This document shows positions 11,149-17,265 of a stretch of DNA of 34,325 nt, one piece after another. The position numbers and the translations under genes are program-made. The first letter of the stretch is position 1, and each line of letters opens with the position of its first letter. The DNA comes from Kiloniellales bacterium (GTDB lineage: Bacteria > Pseudomonadota > Alphaproteobacteria > JBHICX01). The notes under the pieces are model-generated. The model ran no database searches and was not told where the DNA came from. It saw only the letters and a program-made list of their open reading frames with translations. Location: assembly GCA_046759805.1 (NCBI GenBank), contig JBHICX010000001.1:1-34325 (forward strand). Reading direction: 5' to 3'.

Positions 11149-11964
11149 TCAGTCCGGCCCCGTCTCGCGCTCTCTGCGTTTGGCCTGCCGCCACAGGGCC
11201 TCCATCTCGTCCAGGCTCGCCTCGTCGGGGGAGCGGCCGGCGGCGGCCAGCGCCGACTCGATGTAGGCGAAGCGGCGCTCGAACTTGGCGTTGCACCCGC
11301 GCAGCGCCGCCTCCGGGTCGATCCCCAGATGCCGGGCCAGATTGGCTGAGGCGAACAACAGATCGCCCACCTCGTCCTCCAATTGCGCGGCGGTGGCAGT
11401 GCCCGAGATTCCGGCGCGGAGCTCGGTCATCTCCTCCGCGATCTTGTCCAGCACCTGGATCGCCTGTGGCCAGTCGAAGCCAACCCGGGCCGCCCGCTGC
11501 TGCAGCTTGTCGGCGCGCGACAATGCCGGCAGCCCGAGCGGCACGTCGTCGAGCACGCCGGGTGGGCGTCCTTCACCCTGCGCCCGCGACCGGCGTTCCG
11601 CCGCCTTGTGCGCCTCCCAGGCGGCGGTCTGCCGGGCCGCGCTGTCGACCTCGGCGGTGCCGAAGACATGGGGATGGCGGTCCACCATCTTGTCGCAGAT
11701 CGTCGCCGCCACGTCGTCGAAGCTGAACGCGCCGGCCTCCTCGGCCATGCGCGCGTGGTAGACCACCTGCAGCAGCAGGTCGCCTAGTTCCGCGCGAAGC
11801 GCCTCGAGGTCAGCCCGGTCGATGGCGTCGGCCACCTCGTAGGCCTCTTCGATGGTATAGGGCGCGATCGACTTGAAGTCCTGCTCCTGGTCCCACGGGC
11901 AGCCCCCGACAGGGTCCCGCAGCCGCGCCATGATTTCGATCAGACGGTCGACGTTTCGGCTCAT
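11149..11964 (-). CDS. mazG: Nucleoside triphosphate pyrophosphohydrolase MazG
   Basis: Tandem MazG domains: GCPWDQEQDFKSIAPYTIEEAYEVADAI and EEMTELRA...EDEVGDLLFASANLARHLGIDPE. The start is placed at MSRNVDRLIEIMARL (ATG, complement of 11962-11964). The 45 upstream ORF-track codons look non-coding. Confidence 0.9.
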   Translation of the reverse strand: MSRNVDRLIEIMARLRDPVGGCPWDQEQDFKSIAPYTIEEAYEVADAIDRADLEALRAELGDLLLQVVYHARMAEEAGAFSFDDVAATICDKMVDRHPHVFGTAEVDSAARQTAAWEAHKAAERRSRAQGEGRPPGVLDDVPLGLPALSRADKLQQRAARVGFDWPQAIQVLDKIAEEMTELRAGISGTATAAQLEDEVGDLLFASANLARHLGIDPEAALRGCNAKFERRFAYIESALAAAGRSPDEASLDEMEALWRQAKRRERETGPD

Positions 11965-12469
11965 GGGATGACTCGGTTCATTTTGTCGGTGGGGGCCTGT
12001 TATAGCGAATTCGCAATAGCATGGGGGAGCGATCCTGCCGTTGCCGCAGCCCCGGAGGGCGGTTTCGACGGCGTTCCTGTGGCGACCGAAAAATTGCATA
12101 AGGGATATTATGGATAATCCTATTTAAGTCTTAATTATAAATCGTTATCGTCCTTAATTCACGTTGCAGATTAAAATTGCACGCTTATTCCGCTACATCC
12201 GGATAGAACTGGCAGCGCGATCGTTGGGCGGCGGGCTAAGCCATGACGCTGGCCACCACGCGCAGTCGACATTGTTGGCTAACCCGTCAAGGAACGGGCG
12301 CCGCCGGTCGGCGCCACGCAATCGCTCAGTATCCACCGGATACTTTGTCGGTATCACGTGCGCGGATACGGATGGGCCGGTTCTCCCGAGTGCACGGATC
12401 TGGCCTCCCTTGTCCGACAGCCGCCCGCGGTTCCGGACGCGAAATAACGCCAATCATTCATTGTACCGA

Positions 12470-12483
12470 TTGATTCACGTCAA
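12470..12483. promoter_or_regulatory. FixK/FNR-type box candidate, TTGATTCACGTCAA (TTGA-N6-TCAA)
   Basis: 9/10 match to TTGAT-N4-ATCAA and a perfect TTGA-N6-TCAA. Lies about 150-160 bp upstream of the 12632/12644 start, in a non-coding leader. Confidence 0.35.
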
Positions 12484-12631
12484 TGCGCCTGAACGGGTGC
12501 TGGTATACGAAGCATCTTGAAGAATTTGGATGGCCGAAAGGTATCGTTTGGAAGAATCTTGCTTCGTGCCTTGCCGGAGTTGCATTTTGTTGCAGGTCAT
12601 GTGACCGGATATTGTTGGAAAACGAAACATA

Positions 12632-13126
12632 GTGAGCTCAGCCATGTCGAGACATCGCATCATCGGCCTGGTCGGCGCGTTGATCGTCTGGCTTCTGGGA
12701 ACGTTTTCGGCCGCCGCATCACCGGGCGGTCCGAATTGGTCCCAGACGGTCGACGGCATGCTGGTCCACCTGGGAATTATGTCGACCCAGGTAATGAGGC
12801 AACACCCGGACCAATATCCTGAGCATTTCATCGAGGGGGAACCCCCAGCAGGCAGACACATGTACCACGTTCTGGTGACCGTTTTCGAGCGCTCCAGCGG
12901 CGAGCGCATTACCAATGCCGATGTAGAAATGCGGGTTTCACCGATTGGCCTTGCCGGTCGGCAAAAGCATCTTCATGCGATGTCAGTCCGCGGCGCGGCT
13001 TGTTATTGCAATTACTTCTACATGCCGCCCACGGATAGCTATCGGATCAGCGTGCAAATCCGTCGGCCGGGGGTGCCGGTGGTGGCCCGAGCGAAATTCC
13101 TTTACACGCACCACCGCGGGCCCTGA
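12632..13126 (+). CDS. Hypothetical exported protein (possibly a YtkA/FixH-like Ig-fold, unverified)
   Basis: Signal peptide MSRHRIIGLVGALIVWLLGTFSAAA|SP, with an alternative ATG start at 12644. The beta-rich pattern HMYHVLVTVFERSSGERITNADVEMRVSPIG...YRISVQIRRPG resembles small periplasmic metal-handling domains. No family assignment is possible by eye. Confidence 0.55.
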   Translation: MSSAMSRHRIIGLVGALIVWLLGTFSAAASPGGPNWSQTVDGMLVHLGIMSTQVMRQHPDQYPEHFIEGEPPAGRHMYHVLVTVFERSSGERITNADVEMRVSPIGLAGRQKHLHAMSVRGAACYCNYFYMPPTDSYRISVQIRRPGVPVVARAKFLYTHHRGP

Positions 13127-13265
13127 TCGAGAGCCTGACAGACGGGCAGCGGGCGGCTTTCACCAAGGTTGGTCGGGGCACGCATCCGGAGTTCGCACCG
13201 CAGCAAATGCCTTATGTCGAGGTGCGCCGGTGCGGCGCCTCCGGCCACAATGTCGTGTTGTCGTG

Positions 13266-13516
13266 GATCGCGAGGGTAAGCCGTGATTGTGTTTGCGCGC
13301 CGCGGTCAGGTGGTCGACCGTGGCCGCATGACTTCAGCAAGCGAAAGCCGTGACGCCGTCGGAGGTCCTGCCCTTTGACCGCGGAAATAGGAGCCGATTT
13401 CCCAGTTCCATTGGTACGACTCTTGCGGTCGCCGCGATTTACACCTCGATCACCATGCCGTCGTAGGCAGGCTCGACGCCGGGCAGACATTTGGCTGCCA
13501 GCCGGTCGAGTAGTCG
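13266..13516. repeat. Left copy of an imperfect ~250-bp direct repeat (partner at 18549-18797)
   Basis: By-eye alignment gives about 16 mismatches plus one 2-nt indel over ~250 nt (roughly 93% identity). Both copies are in the same orientation. Confidence 0.85.
13439..13516 (-). pseudogene. Orphan 3' fragment of the MBL-fold hydrolase gene (duplicate of the last ~25 codons of 18722-19489)
   Basis: Translates ...DRLAAKCLPGVEPAYDGMVIEV*, against ...DRLAAKCPPGVEPAYDGLVIEV* in the intact gene. Upstream of this the reading frame has no similarity to the MBL protein. Confidence 0.7.
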
Positions 13517-13606
13517 TCGCGCCCTTGCCGCGCCCGCCGGGCGGTCAGCTCCCGGTGGCGCTGCACCACACTGGTACGGGAGCGATGCGCGGTCGAGGCC
13601 ATGCCA

Positions 13607-13620
13607 TTGATGTAAATCAA
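13607..13620. promoter_or_regulatory. Perfect FNR/Anr/FixK-type box, TTGATGTAAATCAA
   Basis: Exact match to TTGAT-N4-ATCAA. AT-rich -10-like hexamers (GAAATA / TATTAA / TAATAA) lie 25-40 nt downstream. It is 133 nt upstream of the first cassette gene (13753). Confidence 0.5.
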
Positions 13621-13752
13621 TGCCGAACTTCCTTGTTGATGCTTGAAATATTAATAAAGGCTGTACCATTGCGCTGACGCGAACCGGCGGTGGGCCGGGA
13701 CGCGTAAGGGCGTTGGGCGAAGTCGCGTGACGTTAGGACGGTAGGCAGCGAC

Positions 13753-14106
13753 ATGAAGAGACGGTTTCTTCGCCGCCTGTTAGCCTGTCTCCTGGTGACC
13801 GCTCTCGTCACCGGCACGGGGGTGCCTGTGGCCATGGTCCAGGCCGGTCACGGTCACGGGGCAACGCCGGCCGACCAAGCTCAAGTAATGCCGGGCTGCG
13901 ATCCGGTCCAGGCGCTGGGCACGGGCTGCAAGTACTGCGCGCCGTGCGTTATGTTGTGTTGCGACGAGGTGATTGTCGCCGCCGCCCCCGCGCTCGAGCC
14001 CCCGCTGCCCGAACTCACGGTCGGTTTCGTCGACCGGACGCCGGGCGTCCGGCGTTCCATCGAGGCCAAGTTCCCTCGAGGTCCTCCCCATCCCTTCCAG
14101 GACTGA
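13753..14106 (+). CDS. Small secreted Cys-rich protein, DUF2946-like (tentative)
   Basis: Signal peptide MKRRFLRRLLACLLVTALVTGTGVPVAMVQA|GHGHG. Cys cluster CDPVQALGTGCKYCAPCVMLCC. Pro-rich tail ending ...FPRGPPHPFQD, reminiscent of the C.(Y/F)C ... PRAPP layout I remember for DUF2946. Confidence 0.6.
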   Translation: MKRRFLRRLLACLLVTALVTGTGVPVAMVQAGHGHGATPADQAQVMPGCDPVQALGTGCKYCAPCVMLCCDEVIVAAAPALEPPLPELTVGFVDRTPGVRRSIEAKFPRGPPHPFQD

Positions 14107-14307
14107 GACTTAGCGGCCGTTCCCGCAGGCCGCCGCAAGACCTCACAAAACACGGCATCTCCGCGGAACGGCGAGGTTGATCGCAGCATAGGCTGCTGTC
14201 GCGACCAACCGATGTCTCGGTCCGACTCGGCCCGCGCTCGGGCACGAGCCGGTCAAGGCATGTGCGAAATGACGTCGCGGCCGCAGCAACGGTAACGGAG
14301 GGAAGAG

Positions 14308-15135
14308 ATGGTTAGGGAAGATCCTGTCAACGGGACCCGGGACAGTCGTCAATCTCACCTGACGACGCGACGGGGTTTCGTCACCGGCCTCGGCTTTGGC
14401 GTGGTGAGTCTTTACGGTCTGTGGGCCGCTTACGGGGCCGCGCCGACCAGCCTCAAATTCCTGTCCGGCGCCGCGTCAGGCGGCATGGGAGCCGCAGGGC
14501 ACGGCCACGGCGGTCACGGCGGCGGAGGGATGTCGCGCGAGGAGTTCAACCGCCTGGCCGACGAGTTCTTCGAGGCCAACGCGCTTCCCGACGGCAGCGT
14601 GAAGCCGGTCCGTCGTAGGGTCGCGGCGATCTCGGGCCAAGCCCATGAGGGTCACGCAGATGAGCCGGAGATGTCCGCAGCCAAAGAGCACGAACACGGG
14701 CACGAGGCGGAGGCCCACGACCGTGGCGCTCGCGAGCCGAGGATGTCCATGGCCGAAGAGCACGAGCACGGGCCCGAGGCCGAAGCGCACGAACACGGTG
14801 CGGCCCCGCCGAGCATGTCCATGGCTGAAGAGCACGAGCACGGAGACGAAGAAGGGCCGATCGAGGTCTACGTCAGGGCCTCAAGGTACGGCTACGAGCC
14901 CGATGTGCTGCGGCTGGAGCCCAATATCCCCTACAAATTCAGGATGATGGCCGTCGATGCGGACCACGGCGTCTCAATCAGTATGCGCATGGGCAGCCAC
15001 ATGATGCGCTGCCGAGCGAGAGTTCTGACCGAAGCGATCCTGATGTTCACGGCGCCCGGCGAGTACCTGTGCTACTGCACCGTTTATTGCGGTGAGGGCC
15101 ATGACATGATGATGGGCACGATCGTCGTGGCATAG
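14308..15135 (+). CDS. CuA-type cupredoxin subunit II of a B-family-like heme-copper oxidase, with a Tat-like signal/anchor and a His-rich repeat linker
   Basis: The C-terminus PGEYLCYCTVYCGEGHDMMMGTIVVA aligns with ba3 CbaB PGEYRIICNQYCGLGHQNMFGTIVV. The full CuA ligand set is present: DADHGV His, then C-x3-C-x3-H-x2-M at 15076-15111. N-terminal TRRGFVTGLGFGVVSLYGLWAAYGA. RBS GGAGGGAAGAG. Confidence 0.88.
   Translation: MVREDPVNGTRDSRQSHLTTRRGFVTGLGFGVVSLYGLWAAYGAAPTSLKFLSGAASGGMGAAGHGHGGHGGGGMSREEFNRLADEFFEANALPDGSVKPVRRRVAAISGQAHEGHADEPEMSAAKEHEHGHEAEAHDRGAREPRMSMAEEHEHGPEAEAHEHGAAPPSMSMAEEHEHGDEEGPIEVYVRASRYGYEPDVLRLEPNIPYKFRMMAVDADHGVSISMRMGSHMMRCRARVLTEAILMFTAPGEYLCYCTVYCGEGHDMMMGTIVVA
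14671..14843 (+). repeat. 72-bp in-frame tandem repeat (about 2.4 copies) encoding MS(A/M)A(K/E)EHEHG(H/P)EAEAH..GA..P..
   Basis: Units start at 14671, 14743 and 14815 (ATGTCC...GAGCACGA(A/G)CACGG). They lie inside the linker of the cupredoxin gene. Confidence 0.8.
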
Positions 15136-15158
15136 CCCGCGACCGGAGGGGACGAGGC

Positions 15159-16829
15159 ATGACTGAGAGCAAGTTGGTCGAAGGCCTGAAGCGCCTGCCC
15201 GGCGGCGACAGGGCGCTGCTCGACGGCTTTGTCGCCATGGCCGTGCTCAGCCTGGGGCTCGGTCTCGTCTACGGCGCGCTGACGGCCTTCGCCCGCGCCG
15301 GCTTCATCACCCTGGAGCCCGAGGTCGCGTATCCGACGCTGACCCTCCACGGGGTCACGATCTTCTTCTACTGGCTCTACTTCGCCCAGGCGGGCCTGGT
15401 CCTCATCCTCGCCTGTGTGTACACCGAGGGCGCCAAGCGGCTGGCGTGGAGCCCGCTGGCGTGGCTCGGGCTTGGCCTCATGGTCGCGGGATTCGCCTTG
15501 AGCGAGCTGATGCCGATCATGGGCGCGGTCATGCTGTACGACGGCCAGCCGGAGCTGATCGGCTACGAGATGACGGAGGGCGGCCTGTTCTACGTCGGCT
15601 ACATCCTTCTCGGCCTGGGACTGTTTGTGGTCGGCGTATCCAGCATTTCCACCGCCCTCAAACCGCGCTTTGAAGGGAAGATCGAGTCCTGGTCATCGGT
15701 CAGCTTCGCCAGCGTCGCCTGGGCCGGCCTGCTCATGGTGAGCGCCATGGCCGCGATCAACGCCTTCCTGCCGGCGGCCTGGTGGGCATTCGGTTTCGGA
15801 CCAGCGCCATCGGGCTATACCATGAGCTGGCACGTGCTGTTCCACAATGTCCATTACCTGCCGCTGATGGCCACGGTGGTGCTGTGGTATGTGCTGATGG
15901 ACGAGCTGGCCGGCGTCGAGTCGATCTTCGGGCGCCGGTTTTCCAAGATCGTCTTCGCCCTCTATTTGATCTTCGTGCCGCCGACGTCGCTGTACCACAT
16001 GTTCCTGGAACCCAACCTCGCGGACTCGGTGAGGATACTGGGATCGTTGTTGTCGTTGTTCATCGGCGTGCCGACCGTGCTCGTCTTTTTGATCATCATC
16101 GCTTCGCTGGAGTCGCACGCCAGGGCGCACGGCGCCCGCGGCCTGTTCGGCTGGGTGCGCATGCTGCCCTGGCGCAATCCGGCGATGGCCGCGATCGGCA
16201 TGGCGGTGGTCAACCTGGCCCTCGGGGGCGCCTTTTCCTTCGTCCTGATCCAGGAGAAGCTGGCGCCGCTGTTGAGCGACACCTTCTTCGTCCCGGGCTA
16301 CTTCCACTTCCTGACCCTGGGCACGGTGACGCTCACCTTCATCGCCGCGTTCATGTACGTGATTCCGGGCCTGACCGGCCGTCAGCTGTGGAACCCCTCG
16401 CTGCTCGCCAAGCTGCCGTACATCGCGACCGTCGGCCTGCTGATCTTCGGCGGCGCCGGCATCCTCGCCGGCTACATGGGCGTGCCGCGGCGCCTGTTCG
16501 ACGTGAGCTACGAGGGCCGGGCGCCGGAGATCTGGCAAACGCTGATGTTCGTCGTCGGCATCGGCGCCGTGCTCATGACCGCCGCATTGGCGGCCTACGT
16601 CTTCGGCCTGGTTAGGACACTGTTCGGGCGCCCGAGCGAGGCCGGGGCCGAGACGGCCAACCTCGCGGCCGTGTCGTGGGGCGGGATCAGCGTCGGCCGC
16701 CAGGCGGCCTGGGTCGGGCCGCTGTCCGTGCTCGTCCTCATCGCCGCCATGTACGCGTTCACCGCGGTCGGCTTCGAGCTCATGCAAAGCCTGCCGATCG
16801 TGGCGACTGGCGGAGGCGGTGGACATTAG
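15159..16829 (+). CDS. Heme-copper oxidase superfamily subunit I, B-family (ba3)-like, with non-canonical active-site ligands
   Basis: Long collinear similarity to ba3 CbaA as I remember it: LTLHGV; ASLE..A...GARGLFGW.R.LPW.NPA; FVPG.FH...VTLT; LPNLTG/IPGLTG; VPRR. About 12-13 hydrophobic helices. Sits 23 nt after subunit II. See the findings for the Y279 and Y381 substitutions. Confidence 0.9.
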   Translation: MTESKLVEGLKRLPGGDRALLDGFVAMAVLSLGLGLVYGALTAFARAGFITLEPEVAYPTLTLHGVTIFFYWLYFAQAGLVLILACVYTEGAKRLAWSPLAWLGLGLMVAGFALSELMPIMGAVMLYDGQPELIGYEMTEGGLFYVGYILLGLGLFVVGVSSISTALKPRFEGKIESWSSVSFASVAWAGLLMVSAMAAINAFLPAAWWAFGFGPAPSGYTMSWHVLFHNVHYLPLMATVVLWYVLMDELAGVESIFGRRFSKIVFALYLIFVPPTSLYHMFLEPNLADSVRILGSLLSLFIGVPTVLVFLIIIASLESHARAHGARGLFGWVRMLPWRNPAMAAIGMAVVNLALGGAFSFVLIQEKLAPLLSDTFFVPGYFHFLTLGTVTLTFIAAFMYVIPGLTGRQLWNPSLLAKLPYIATVGLLIFGGAGILAGYMGVPRRLFDVSYEGRAPEIWQTLMFVVGIGAVLMTAALAAYVFGLVRTLFGRPSEAGAETANLAAVSWGGISVGRQAAWVGPLSVLVLIAAMYAFTAVGFELMQSLPIVATGGGGGH

Positions 16830-16849
16830 GTTCCGTGAGGAGGTAATCC

Positions 16850-17074
16850 ATGACGAAAGACGCCTGGCTGTTCGCGATCGTGTTCCTGGTCTGGCTGGTC
16901 CTGTCGGTCCTGTACTACACGGTGCCCATGATCTACATGCCGACCACGGGGCGCGTGTGGGGCCTGGGCGCGCTCCTGTTCCTGGTGCTCGCGGCCGTCG
17001 TTCTGTACGCGCAGCACAAGGGAAAGAGCCGGCGCGCTGCCGCCGAGTCCGAAGTGGCAGAGAGCCGAAAGTAA
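16850..17074 (+). CDS. Small two-TM membrane protein (candidate accessory oxidase subunit)
   Basis: Strong RBS GAGGAGG 7 nt upstream of the ATG. Two hydrophobic helices (AWLFAIVFLVWLVLSVLYYTV and VWGLGALLFLVLAAVVLYAQ) and a basic tail. Sits 20 nt after subunit I. Confidence 0.65.
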   Translation: MTKDAWLFAIVFLVWLVLSVLYYTVPMIYMPTTGRVWGLGALLFLVLAAVVLYAQHKGKSRRAAAESEVAESRK

Positions 17075-17265
17075 CCCCGAGAAGCGGAGGTCGTGGGGAA
17101 CGGTCGGCCGCCCAGGACGGCCGGTCCTGGGGGGGTGATCTACATCAATGACGGATCTGCCTGGAGGCGGATGAATGACAGGCTGGGGCCAAGTCCATAG
17201 GCAACGGATGGGACGAACGGCCCGCCGCCGACGCTATCGGCGTGCCCCCAGGGGAGAAGACGGGG

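Noticed and set aside
11137-11161. The hairpin GGGGCCG-N11-CGGCCCC between the convergent IMPase-like and mazG genes, considered as a bidirectional terminator.
   Set aside because: The loop is long (11 nt), neither side has a T-tract, and the stem overlaps the last mazG codons.
17111-17131. An 8-bp-stem hairpin (CCCAGGAC-GGCCG-GTCCTGGG) between the 2-TM peptide gene and the cytochrome c gene.
   Set aside because: No U-tract follows, so it cannot be called a terminator. It may be an mRNA-processing or stability element, but one GC hairpin in GC-rich DNA is weak evidence.
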